DNA of 36,087 bases, taken from Candidatus Uhrbacteria bacterium. GTDB lineage: Bacteria; Patescibacteriota; Patescibacteriia; UBA9934. Within the stretch, counting starts at the first letter, position 1. Each line of letters opens with the position of its first letter. A program made the position numbers and the translations under genes. Location: assembly GCA_023246145.1 (NCBI GenBank), contig JAHFIZ010000002.1, positions 1-36,087 on the forward strand. The letters run 5' to 3'. Below, in pieces: positions 15,427 to 24,095 of this stretch. The notes beneath the pieces were generated by a model that saw only the letters and a list, made by a program, of their open reading frames with translations, did no database searches and was not told the DNA's origin.

Positions 15427-15465
15427 AGCCGCCCCCTCCTCTGAGTGTGGGCGGCTTCGCGTTTG
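15427..15465 (+). terminator. possible terminator after the Cys-rich gene
   Basis: agccgccc (15427-15434) pairs with gggcggct (15449-15456) across a 14-nt loop. The T-tract is weak (tcgcgtttg). Confidence 0.4.
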
Positions 15466-15564
15466 CAGGGAGAAACGAAAGGGTTAAGATATGAACACCT
15501 AGGGCTTGCCTGTCAATCGTAAAGATGACAATATAGATCTTGTCATTTCAAACAATATCTCTCT

Positions 15565-17388
15565 ATGTGTGGCATTATAGGCTTTGTTGGGAACGATTCT
15601 AGTGTCAACTATTTACTTGACGGCTTGTCCATCCTTGAAAACAGAGGGTATGACTCGGCCGGCATTGCCACTATTTCTCCTCAGAAAAATCTGGTGGTCA
15701 CCAAATTTGCCAGTAAGGGCACAGCGGACGCTATAGCCCAGCTCAGACAGCACTCTTCCGCCCACGCCGGACACACTATTGGGATAGGCCACACCCGCTG
15801 GGCTACCCACGGAGGCAAAACAGACAATAATGCCCACCCACACACGGACAGTAAGAATCGCGTGGCCGTGGTGCACAACGGGGTTATAGAAAACTATTCT
15901 GAACTCAAGAAAAAACTGGTTGATCACGGAGTGGCTTTCCGCTCAGACACGGATACGGAAGTCATAGCCCAGCTCATAGGAAAATATTTAGACGACGGCC
16001 AGGGAATTGTGGATGCCGTAAAATCTACGCTCAAACGTTTAGAAGGAACGTGGGGACTGGGCATTCTCTCTCCCCTTCTCCCGGAAACCATCATCGTGGC
16101 CAGAAACGGCAGCCCGATTGTCATTGGCATTGCTGACGGCAAAGCGTTCATAGCTTCTGAGCCAGCCGCCTTCTCCATGGCCACACGAGATTTCATATCG
16201 CTCCAGAATGGCGAAATGGCGCTGGTGCGCGCAGACGGCAGCGGATTAGATTTAAGCCGCGTAGAAAAAGCGGAAGAAGATGCGGTGGCGGCGAGCCCTG
16301 ATCCGTATCCACACTGGACCATTAAAGAAATTTTAGAACAACCTGATGCCGTCAGCAGAACACTGAACCACGGCGCTCGTTTAAAGGGCGAAGCCGGAGC
16401 TAAGCTCGGCGGACTTGAGACTCGAGAGGAAGAACTGATGAGCATTCATCATCTGGTGATTGCGGCGTGTGGCACGTCATATCACGCCGGTCTTTACGGA
16501 GCGCTAGCCATGCGCGCCATGCACTCTTTTGAAACGGTGCAAGTAGTGGATGCTTCTGAACTGACCGCTCATCACTTCCCGCAAAAGGGCGGCGGACTTT
16601 TGGTTATTTCACAGTCTGGTGAAACCAAAGACGTGCATCGCGCTATCACCCTGGCCGAAAATCTGGGCATCCCTACATTCTCTGTGGTGAATGCCGTAGG
16701 ATCACTCATTGCGCGCTCCACAAAATGTGGTGTGTATCTGAATGCCGGACGCGAGCATGCGGTAGCTTCCACGAAAGCTTTTGTGACCCAAGTTACTGCT
16801 CTCGAACTCATCGCCACTTGGTTCTCTGAACGCCGCGGTGAAGAAGTGGCTCGCCGCAGATCGCTCATTGAAGATTTACGCCGTTTGCCTACCAATCTCA
16901 GACTCGCTTTTGATACGCGGGAAACATGCAAGGAAATTGCGGCCACGCTCGTAGACGCAGAGCACATGTTCGTACTTGGCAAAGGTTCAGCCGAACCTAT
17001 TGCAAGAGAAGGTGCTTTGAAAATTAAAGAGATCACGTACCTGCACGCAGAAGGTTATCCGGGCGGAGCACTGAAGCACGGACCGTTTGCACTGATCACG
17101 GAAGGCACGCCCGTCATTCTCATTGTCCTCAATGACCGCCATGCTCAGCTCATGCGTACCGCCGCAGAAGAGGTTAAAGCTCGCGGCGCGCGCACCATCA
17201 TCATCACGGATAATGCAAAACTAGCGGAAGGCGTAGCGCATGACACCATCCTCATCCCCCCAGACGGCGTCCTGACCGGACTGACCGCCACCATTCCGCT
17301 CCAATTTATTGCATACGAACTAGCAGTCCTCAAAGGCATAAATCCAGATAAGCCGAGAAATCTTGCTAAAGCGGTAACTGTAGATTGA
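15565..17388 (+). CDS. glmS: glutamine--fructose-6-phosphate aminotransferase (isomerizing)
   Basis: 607 aa. Starts MCGIIGF (Ntn Cys2), has two SIS domains, and ends ...NLAKAVTVD, characteristic of GlmS. Confidence 0.95.
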   Translation: MCGIIGFVGNDSSVNYLLDGLSILENRGYDSAGIATISPQKNLVVTKFASKGTADAIAQLRQHSSAHAGHTIGIGHTRWATHGGKTDNNAHPHTDSKNRVAVVHNGVIENYSELKKKLVDHGVAFRSDTDTEVIAQLIGKYLDDGQGIVDAVKSTLKRLEGTWGLGILSPLLPETIIVARNGSPIVIGIADGKAFIASEPAAFSMATRDFISLQNGEMALVRADGSGLDLSRVEKAEEDAVAASPDPYPHWTIKEILEQPDAVSRTLNHGARLKGEAGAKLGGLETREEELMSIHHLVIAACGTSYHAGLYGALAMRAMHSFETVQVVDASELTAHHFPQKGGGLLVISQSGETKDVHRAITLAENLGIPTFSVVNAVGSLIARSTKCGVYLNAGREHAVASTKAFVTQVTALELIATWFSERRGEEVARRRSLIEDLRRLPTNLRLAFDTRETCKEIAATLVDAEHMFVLGKGSAEPIAREGALKIKEITYLHAEGYPGGALKHGPFALITEGTPVILIVLNDRHAQLMRTAAEEVKARGARTIIITDNAKLAEGVAHDTILIPPDGVLTGLTATIPLQFIAYELAVLKGINPDKPRNLAKAVTVD

Positions 17389-17394
17389 TGTATT

Positions 17395-17424
17395 CATACT
17401 TTCTTTTCCCAAAAAGAAAGTATG
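17395..17424 (+). terminator. perfect 12-bp hairpin just after the glmS stop (no U-tail)
   Basis: catactttcttt (17395-17406), loop tcccaa, aaagaaagtatg (17413-17424). It is followed by caaagaaag, not a T-run, so its function as a terminator is uncertain. Confidence 0.35.
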
Positions 17425-18171
17425 CAAAGAAAGTGGCCGCCCTGTGCTCCGTGCGCCGGGCATGGCTCACGTCGTCGTTCGGGCATTTTTGGAGTCGGCC
17501 AGTTGTACTTGAAGATTTGTCTTTGTGGAGTGGCCGTCTGCAAAAATGCTATTCCTCACTTCCGCCGGAGCCAAAGCCCGTCGTACTCGCAGTGGGCGGT
17601 TACTCCATCCTGAAAAGAAAGTACGAACACCCTAAACGAAAAAGACGACGTCTGCATTTTCCACCGGCACGGGGAGAACACAAGACGCCATCTTTCGGGA
17701 GAAGTTGCTGGAGCTACGGGGACTCAATGCAGGAGTTGGTGGGGCGCCCCTCCAACCGAACACCAGGGGCCCAGAGCGGTCAACCAGGAGTGGTTTCGTT
17801 CTGGCACGTTCCTGTAGCGAATACCTGTAAGTCCAGCAACGGACGGTATCAGACGCACGAGGGCGTCTGAAGAAATCGTTGAACCTCAATAGCTCCTTTT
17901 GGCCGTCCGGTTTACCGGGGTGGACTTCCGATCACCCACGCCACCCAGCGCGGGTGGGACAACTGGCGCAGACGCGGCGAGAATCCCTCGTGTGGTAGGT
18001 TGGCACCCGTTGTCGTACTGGAAGGTCACGACAGTATTTTAGACGAGGAGAAATCGCGATCACGCCTCACGCCAGCTGACCAGTCAGACTGACAAAACGA
18101 TCCGTCGAGGTTCAACGACAGGGGGAAAATCCTACCATTTCCACCAAAAAAAGCAAATCACAGGCCCAAAG
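17425..18171. other. long ORF-free, hairpin-rich spacer; candidate structured RNA or decayed gene
   Basis: The only ORFs are 17385..17870 (+), its nested 17422..17613 (+) and 17632..17889 (-). Their Arg/Ser/Pro/Trp-rich translations do not look like protein. Contains an 11-bp perfect long-range complement (17877-17887 with 18107-18117) and local hairpins at 17849-17870 and about 17735-17757. Confidence 0.3.
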
Positions 18172-18213
18172 CAAAAGGGCGATGTCCACACACGTATGTG
18201 TGAGACATCGCCC
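18172..18213 (-). terminator. probable murF terminator
   Basis: A 16-17 bp hairpin: gggcgatgtccacaca (18177-18192), loop cgta, tgtgtgagacatcgccc (18197-18213), with one bulge. On the minus strand it is followed by ttttgcttt. It lies 140 nt downstream of the murF stop. Confidence 0.5.
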
Positions 18214-18354
18214 TCGGTTGGCCCTCCCGCCAGATGATATGCCGCTCGACCGAACGTATCCTTGAAAACAGGGAGGCCGCTTAGCCCTTATCCCTACGCT
18301 GGATGCCGTGTCAGTCGAGCGAACAGACCATCTTACCCCAATATCAAATATTTA

Positions 18355-19647
18355 TCAAGTGGCGAGCCACTTGCCGTCCTGACGGACCAATATTTGCGGG
18401 GCTTTTAGCGGTTCGGCCATAACATCCTTAACCACCTTTTCCATCCGCATGGATTGGGAACCTTTTACAAAAACTACGTCCCCTTTTTGAATGATTTTGT
18501 CTAAATATCGGCCAGCTTCTACGGAATTATTAAACCGCTCCACCCTATCTTTGCTCATACCGGCTGCTACAGCCTCATCTGCTGCCAGACCCATATTTGG
18601 CCCTACTGCCAGGAAGAGATCCGCTGCGCGCGCTACGTGCGCTCCCACGGCCCGGTGCTCAGATTCCGTCAGGGTTCCAAGTTCTGCCATATCTCCCAAA
18701 ACGGCAATGCGTCTGTCCCGCTCTTCGCCTGGGGTGAAACGCAGAAGCGCATCCAAACCAGCCGTAACTGCGGCCGGAGCGGCGTTATACGTGTCGTCGA
18801 TGATCAAAGCTCCCTTAATTCCTGGGATAGGATTGAGGCGGCCGGCAACTGGCCGAAGCTTCTCAGACAAAGCGCGAGCAGCGTCAGACAGCGGCACGCC
18901 AAAGTGTACGGCCACAGAAAGAGCTGCCAGAGCGGCGGTAAGCGCTGAAGCCGAAAGGCAGTTGATGAGTTCAAGGGCGATAGTCTCCCCGTTCACGGAC
19001 ACGTCCGCTTTAAGGACAGCGAAAACCTCTCCAGGATCAAAACTCTCTTCCGGTACAGTTTCAATGCGAACGTTGGCTGCCTTGGCGTCACCTGACTCAA
19101 TACCGTACATCATCACTGATACAGAACCGTAACGTCCTCTCATGAGGCGGACCGTTTCATCATTGTCATTTAAAAATATTGCGCCATCTGCTTTTACAAA
19201 ATCTCCAAGCGATGCCTTCTCTTCAATGAGCGCCTGCATGGAAGGATACTGGGAAAGATGAATGGGCGAAACTGCCGTAATAACCGCTACGTCTGGCTGC
19301 GCAATCTGAGCAAGGTACCTAATGTCACCAGGAGCGTCTGCGCCGTATTCTAAAACCAAATATTCCGGCATGTCCTTCTTGGTGTATGCACGCTTCAAAA
19401 GCTTCAACCATTCCCAAGCATTCTTGCCCGGGCTCTTCTCCCCCAAAATAGCGAGTGGCAAACCAAACTCGTTATTGTAATTCTTCATGGGCGTGCGCAC
19501 GCGATATTTTGCTTCAAGCGCAATAGCAATAGCCTGGCGCGTAGAAGTTTTACCCACGGAGCCCGTGATAGCCACTACTTTTGGATGAAATTTTCTCAAA
19601 TTCTTTCGAGCCGCATTTCCTAGGAGGCTCATGACAAGTTTTTTCAT
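18355..19647 (-). CDS. murF: UDP-N-acetylmuramoyl-tripeptide--D-alanyl-D-alanine ligase
   Basis: 430 aa. Mur ligase P-loop ITGSVGKTSTRQ and LIIDDTYNAAP, the MurF-typical DDxYNANP-like motif. Adjacent to a PBP gene. Confidence 0.9.
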   Translation of the reverse strand: MKKLVMSLLGNAARKNLRKFHPKVVAITGSVGKTSTRQAIAIALEAKYRVRTPMKNYNNEFGLPLAILGEKSPGKNAWEWLKLLKRAYTKKDMPEYLVLEYGADAPGDIRYLAQIAQPDVAVITAVSPIHLSQYPSMQALIEEKASLGDFVKADGAIFLNDNDETVRLMRGRYGSVSVMMYGIESGDAKAANVRIETVPEESFDPGEVFAVLKADVSVNGETIALELINCLSASALTAALAALSVAVHFGVPLSDAARALSEKLRPVAGRLNPIPGIKGALIIDDTYNAAPAAVTAGLDALLRFTPGEERDRRIAVLGDMAELGTLTESEHRAVGAHVARAADLFLAVGPNMGLAADEAVAAGMSKDRVERFNNSVEAGRYLDKIIQKGDVVFVKGSQSMRMEKVVKDVMAEPLKAPQILVRQDGKWLAT

Positions 19648-19659
19648 ATTGGCTCTATT

Positions 19660-21555
19660 CTACTCCCCCGAACGGTCAGGAGCAACGCCGTAATACTCAA
19701 GCAGGAATTTGGCAATTTTCCCAAAAACTGGAGCAGCGGTGGACTCTGCGTAAATCACGTCCTTTGGATTAGAAATCTCCACAATCATGGCAAACCGGGG
19801 ATCATGGACTGGGCCGTAGCCGGCAAACGAACCGTTAAAGTTTGTTTCAGAATAGATGCCGTGCTCGGCCACCTGCGCCGTACCGGTTTTTCCGGCTATG
19901 TAATATCCGGGCACCGCAGCCTTTTTACCGTGACCGTATTCCACAACGGAGATGAGCATGGCGCCAATAGTTGTGGCGGTCTCCGGTGAAATAATTTGTC
20001 GCACGGCTTCCGGCTCTTTTTTTTCTACCGTACCATCAGAATAGCGAAGCTCGTCCACGATATGCGGCTTCATGTACGTTCCTTTGTTGGCGAGTGCCGC
20101 ATACGCTGCAGCGATCTGGAGCGGTGTGGTGGTAATACCTTGACCAAAAGCAGCCGTAGCCGCATACACCTCCGCCTGTTCATTTAAAGATGCCGTGGTT
20201 CCCGGAACTTCCGTCTTCAGCTCAATTCCGGTCAAAGCCCCAAAACCAAACCGCGCCAAATACTCCTTCAACGTATCATGGCCCATCCGGCGCATAACCC
20301 AGACCATGCCGGTGTTAATGGAGTCCTCCAGTACCTGAATCATGTTGGCCGTACCGTAAACCTTATCTGCCGAATTTTTAATGGTGAAGTCATCTATGGT
20401 GACGGATCCCGTATCCACAAACGTAGAGTTTGGCGTCACCGCCTTCACATCAATAGCGGCCGCCATAACAAGCGGCTTCATGATAGAGCCAGGTTCATAC
20501 GGATCAAAAATGGCTGGATTATTGTAGGTAGAAAAATCCTCTACTTCTCCGTACTTCTTCGGATCAAAATCTGGTGCGCCGCACATGGCAATAATATTTC
20601 CGGTGGATGGCTCAATAATCACCAAAGACCCACCGTCCGCGCGGAATTGCTCAATACCTTTTTTCAGCATGCCGCAAGCCGTCACCTGTACTGTCCGATC
20701 GATGGTCAAAAGCACATCTCCCCCATCTACTGCCGGAACAAATTTCCTCTGACCTACACCTATCCAGGCTCCCGTCAGGTCTGTCTGCGAATAGAGTTCC
20801 CCCGGCGTACCGGATAGGAAATCGTTATAAAAACCCTCAATCCCGTAAAAACCTTTTGTTTTCCCGGCGTCATCCTGGCCTAAAAATCCAATCACATGTC
20901 CACCAAAAGACAGTTCAGGATATGACCGTGCGTCCTCAAGAACGTAATCTATGGATGCGTCGCCTAAAGCATTAATGAGCTCCAGCTGTTCTTCTGTAGC
21001 ATTCCGGGTAATAGGTTCGTACGGATCTTCTTTTTTACTCAGACGCACCACGAGTCCCTCCACAGCGTTCGGCTTCTCCTTTAGTGAGGCGTCAAAAAGC
21101 GCCGGAACAAGGTCATCCGTTTCCGGGAGTACCACTTCCCGTTCTTTCAAAATGTTCTTTTCAAGTTCAAGCGCCTGCGTGAGCTGCCCGCCGGTTTTCA
21201 ATTGCTCCACGAGCGCTAACTCATCATATTCATCTGTACCTTCAAAATTCAAGATACGAGAAAGCGCCTTACCGAGCTTTACCGGATCAGTCACCTTTCG
21301 CGGATCAGCATAAATAAAAGCGCCCTGGGTGACGCTCGCCACAGGATACTCTGTAGGGTCATTGTAATCTTTTACCAAGATCTTCCCTCTTCTCGGCACC
21401 AGCTCTTCATAAAGCGAATGCCGCTCTTCTGCCAGGTGCGAATAGAGGCCAGCGGAAAGCACCTGGAGGTAAAAAAGCCTGAACCCAATGACCAAAGCAA
21501 ACAGCACGAAGAACACGCGAATGATGACGAGGCGCTTGTCCGTTCGCGGGGCCAC
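19660..21555 (-). CDS. ftsI: class B penicillin-binding protein (transpeptidase, FtsI/PBP2 type)
   Basis: 631 aa from a GTG. N-terminal TM anchor LVIIRVFFVLFALVIGFRLFYLQV. Active-site motifs SIMK (SxxK), SIN (SxN) and KTGT. The symbol is inferred from linkage to murF only. Confidence 0.88.
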   Translation of the reverse strand: MAPRTDKRLVIIRVFFVLFALVIGFRLFYLQVLSAGLYSHLAEERHSLYEELVPRRGKILVKDYNDPTEYPVASVTQGAFIYADPRKVTDPVKLGKALSRILNFEGTDEYDELALVEQLKTGGQLTQALELEKNILKEREVVLPETDDLVPALFDASLKEKPNAVEGLVVRLSKKEDPYEPITRNATEEQLELINALGDASIDYVLEDARSYPELSFGGHVIGFLGQDDAGKTKGFYGIEGFYNDFLSGTPGELYSQTDLTGAWIGVGQRKFVPAVDGGDVLLTIDRTVQVTACGMLKKGIEQFRADGGSLVIIEPSTGNIIAMCGAPDFDPKKYGEVEDFSTYNNPAIFDPYEPGSIMKPLVMAAAIDVKAVTPNSTFVDTGSVTIDDFTIKNSADKVYGTANMIQVLEDSINTGMVWVMRRMGHDTLKEYLARFGFGALTGIELKTEVPGTTASLNEQAEVYAATAAFGQGITTTPLQIAAAYAALANKGTYMKPHIVDELRYSDGTVEKKEPEAVRQIISPETATTIGAMLISVVEYGHGKKAAVPGYYIAGKTGTAQVAEHGIYSETNFNGSFAGYGPVHDPRFAMIVEISNPKDVIYAESTAAPVFGKIAKFLLEYYGVAPDRSGE

Positions 21556-21560
21556 AGCGC

Positions 21561-21989
21561 TTATGCTCCCTGTAAATCTTCCTCAGTCAATTTCTTGCCG
21601 TAGGCCGCAGACATCTCTCCGGTAGACTGCTCCTCCATGAGACGAATAATCTCTCCGCTGCCGGTTTCATATTCTTTGAAGGAGACCACCTTTCCACCGT
21701 CTTCCGCAGACATAGTGGCCGTACCCTCATAGGAAAACTCATAATCCTGTCCGCCGTAGACCACAATTTCATCTTCCGGCTCTATCTCCTCATCTACATC
21801 TTCAAAAAGAATGATCTCCTCCCCTGCCGGGTCAAGAGATAGCCAAAGCCCGTCCCGACTGTGGACCCAATACACGGTTTCTCCGGTCTCAAGCAAAATA
21901 GGTTCTACGCCACGGGGATGAAAAGTCTTATCCCGTACCACCACAGACTGGTCATTTTCTAAATGCTCAAGAGCTTCGTTGATTTTCAT
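21561..21989 (-). CDS. hypothetical acidic cytoplasmic protein (possibly DUF4178-like)
   Basis: 142 aa, first gene of the ftsI-murF transcription unit. Asp/Glu-rich (DVDEEIEPEDE). The family assignment is only a vague recollection. Confidence 0.5.
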   Translation of the reverse strand: MKINEALEHLENDQSVVVRDKTFHPRGVEPILLETGETVYWVHSRDGLWLSLDPAGEEIILFEDVDEEIEPEDEIVVYGGQDYEFSYEGTATMSAEDGGKVVSFKEYETGSGEIIRLMEEQSTGEMSAAYGKKLTEEDLQGA

Positions 21990-22054
21990 ATATTTTTACT
22001 AACCCGAAGGGGCCAAAAGATGTTACAGGTCAGGTCCTGATTATACAGAGGCTC

Positions 22055-22093
22055 AAAGACGAAAAGAGACGAGGCTGTTGATACCTCGTCTCC
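22055..22093 (-). terminator. intrinsic terminator after nrdA
   Basis: Minus strand reads gagacgagg-tatcaacag-cctcgtctc followed by ttttcgtcttt. A TATAAT (plus-strand attata at 22040-22045) follows as a possible -10 for the next operon. Confidence 0.65.
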
Positions 22094-22147
22094 CCCCTTA
22101 TGTCAATCACTTTTCGCGCCGTTGTACGGGCGACACGCGCGTAGCCC

Positions 22148-24049
22148 CTACTGGCAAACGGCGCACTCTTCTGTAGTCACATCACGTTTCTCGGATTGGA
22201 TAGCAATAGAGTCTGCCTGAATAGGCGCGGCTGAACGAACGTAGTACAGGCTCTTCACGCCGCTCTTCCAAGCGAGCATATGCACCTCATGGAGATACTT
22301 TCCGCTAATAGGCGTTTCAAAGAAGAGGTTCAGAGACTGGGCCTGGTCAATATACTTCTGACGGGCCGCAGCCTGCTCCACAATTTCTCGCATGTTCATT
22401 TCATAGGCCGTACGGAAGATAGCTTTTTCTTCCGGCGTCATGAAGTCCAGGTTCATCACGCTGCCCTTGTCTGCCACCACGGTCTTCCAGACCTCTGCAT
22501 TATTCTTCCCCTTGGTCTCCAAGAACTGTTCAAGATACTTGTTCTTTACGAGGAAGCTGCCAGAGAGCGTCTTCTGTAAGAATGCGTTACCGGCAATAGG
22601 CTCAATGCACGGGCTAGCCTCACCGCAGAGGAAGGCCGTGGAAGCCGTAGGCTGAATGGAGGTCACGTAACTGTTGCGGCGGGTTCCCCCATCAAGCGGC
22701 AAACCGCGTTCTGCGGCCAGCTTTTCTGAGGCAGCGTGGGCGTGCTTGTTCAGGTTAGAGAAAATCTCCGTATTGATGCTGCGAGCCATGACGCTTTCAA
22801 ACGGCACGCCGCGGCGCATGAGATAGCTGTGGTAGCCCATGACGCCAAGACCTACGGAACGCTCATGACGTACAGAGTTCACGGCCTTCTTAAACTCCAC
22901 CGGATCTGCCATTTCACAGAACGTTTCCAGGTTGTTATCAAGTGCTTTCACGCAGGCGTAGGCAATCTCCTCAAAATGATCCTTCCATTCATCGTACTTC
23001 TCCAAGTTCAAGCTCCCCAGACAGCAGACGGCGGTACGGGTTTCATCTGTAGGCAAAACAATTTCCGTGCAGAGGTTGCTCTGACGAACGAGCAAACCTT
23101 TTTCTACGTGGTGCGCCGGACGAGCAGCATTCACGGTATCAATAAACAAGATGTACGGTTCTCCGGTTTCTGCACGCATGGAGAGAATCTTGCGCCACAT
23201 AGTCATGGCATCAATCTCTTTAGCTACCGTGCCGTAATGTGGATCAACCAATTTATACGTAGTTCCGGCTTCTACCGCGCGCATGAACTCATCCGTAACC
23301 ACAATGCCGTTGTTGATGTTCAGGCACCGGCGGTCCTGATCTCCCCCTGGCTTGCGCATTTCCAAAAAGTCTTCAATATCCGGGTGATCAATGCGGAGAT
23401 ACGCTGCGGCGGCACCGCGACGCATGCTGTTCCTTGAAATAGCAATGGTTTCCGAATCCATGATCTTCAAGAACGGGATAACACCGGAAGAACGGAGGCC
23501 GGAAGCCTTTAGTGGCGCGTTCTGACCGCGGAGCTGTGACCAATCCGTGCCAATACCCCCGCCGTATTTGGAAAGGAATGCGTTCTCACGGAAAACATCA
23601 AAGATTCCTTCAAGCGTGTCTGGAACGGTGTTCAAGAAACAGGAAATAGGCAAACCCTTCTTGCTCCCAATGTTCATGAGCGTAGGGGTAGCCGCAATAA
23701 ACCAGCCCTTGCTCAAAATGTCATAGAGCTGCTGGGCGTGCTCCCGGTCCCCACGGGCCATACCCGTGGCCACGCGCGCATAAAACATCTGTGGGTTCTC
23801 CACAATCTTGTCATCAGCGCTCCTGAGGAAATACCGATCACGCAGCACTTCAAGTCCAAAGTATGTGGTGCTCGCATTGCGGGACTGGTCAATCTGAATG
23901 CCATCTTGAATAGAACGGTCAGCAGTGTAATGCGGGCTATCAGCGCTATGAAGATCTTTGGTTTGATCCATGATCTCCGAGAGAAGCAAGTCCCGGGCGG
24001 CACCAAGATCATTACTTGAAAGCGCATCAATGACCGAGTTATATGGCAT
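22148..24049 (-). CDS. nrdA: class I ribonucleoside-diphosphate reductase, alpha subunit (no ATP-cone)
   Basis: 633 aa. Contains PTLMNIGS, SCFL, the catalytic SNLCTEI, GLGVMGYH and a C-terminal Cys pair CAVCQ. Confidence 0.9.
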   Translation of the reverse strand: MPYNSVIDALSSNDLGAARDLLLSEIMDQTKDLHSADSPHYTADRSIQDGIQIDQSRNASTTYFGLEVLRDRYFLRSADDKIVENPQMFYARVATGMARGDREHAQQLYDILSKGWFIAATPTLMNIGSKKGLPISCFLNTVPDTLEGIFDVFRENAFLSKYGGGIGTDWSQLRGQNAPLKASGLRSSGVIPFLKIMDSETIAISRNSMRRGAAAAYLRIDHPDIEDFLEMRKPGGDQDRRCLNINNGIVVTDEFMRAVEAGTTYKLVDPHYGTVAKEIDAMTMWRKILSMRAETGEPYILFIDTVNAARPAHHVEKGLLVRQSNLCTEIVLPTDETRTAVCCLGSLNLEKYDEWKDHFEEIAYACVKALDNNLETFCEMADPVEFKKAVNSVRHERSVGLGVMGYHSYLMRRGVPFESVMARSINTEIFSNLNKHAHAASEKLAAERGLPLDGGTRRNSYVTSIQPTASTAFLCGEASPCIEPIAGNAFLQKTLSGSFLVKNKYLEQFLETKGKNNAEVWKTVVADKGSVMNLDFMTPEEKAIFRTAYEMNMREIVEQAAARQKYIDQAQSLNLFFETPISGKYLHEVHMLAWKSGVKSLYYVRSAAPIQADSIAIQSEKRDVTTEECAVCQ

Positions 24050-24058
24050 ATAAATTTA

Positions 24059-24091
24059 GGGGGTAGAGGGGGTAGGAAGGGGTAAAGGGGG
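24059..24091 (+). other. four G-tracts (G5-N4-G5-N6-G4-N4-G5) in the nrdB-nrdA spacer; the mRNA strand carries four ACCCC(C)U repeats
   Basis: ggggg (24059-63), taga, ggggg (24068-72), taggaa, gggg (24079-82), taaa, ggggg (24087-91). The whole 46-nt spacer between the nrdB stop (24096) and the nrdA ATG (24049) is built from this. Confidence 0.6.
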
Positions 24092-24095
24092 TTAT

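Noticed and set aside
15397-15564. A possible glmS ribozyme in the glmS leader. Also a 7-bp inverted repeat atgacaa/ttgtcat (15525-15531 and 15540-15546) overlapping a weak TTGCCT-N17-CAATAT promoter.
   Set aside because: The leader is only ~110 nt after the upstream terminator and shows none of the conserved glmS ribozyme core sequences I remember. The inverted repeat is short (7 bp) and the promoter match is weak, so I do not call an operator.
17385-17870. A 161-aa plus-strand ORF, its nested 63-aa ORF (17422..17613) and an 85-aa minus-strand ORF (17632..17889) in the glmS-murF spacer.
   Set aside because: The translations are Arg/Ser/Pro/Trp/Cys-rich with no hydrophobic periodicity or recognisable motif. 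The 161-aa ORF begins inside the glmS stop region and the post-glmS hairpin. I treat them as non-coding.
17425-18354. The spacer might encode RNase P RNA, tmRNA, SRP RNA, a cobalamin riboswitch or an ORF-less group II intron.
   Set aside because: By eye I found none of the following on either strand: GAGGAAAGUCCGGGC / ACAGAAxxCGGCUUA (RNase P); GGGG...UUCGACG with a tRNA-like 3' end (tmRNA); the SRP domain IV motif; a B12 box; a domain V-like 34-mer with a GNRA loop. Partial resemblances (CGGAAGUCCACC, GGGGGAAAAUCC) are too short and wrongly spaced. This needs Infernal to settle.
18491-19132. A 213-aa plus-strand ORF inside murF, and similar ORFs (15924..16445, 16572..17036) antisense to glmS.
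   Set aside because: These are Ala/Ser/Arg-rich antisense shadows of well-supported housekeeping genes.
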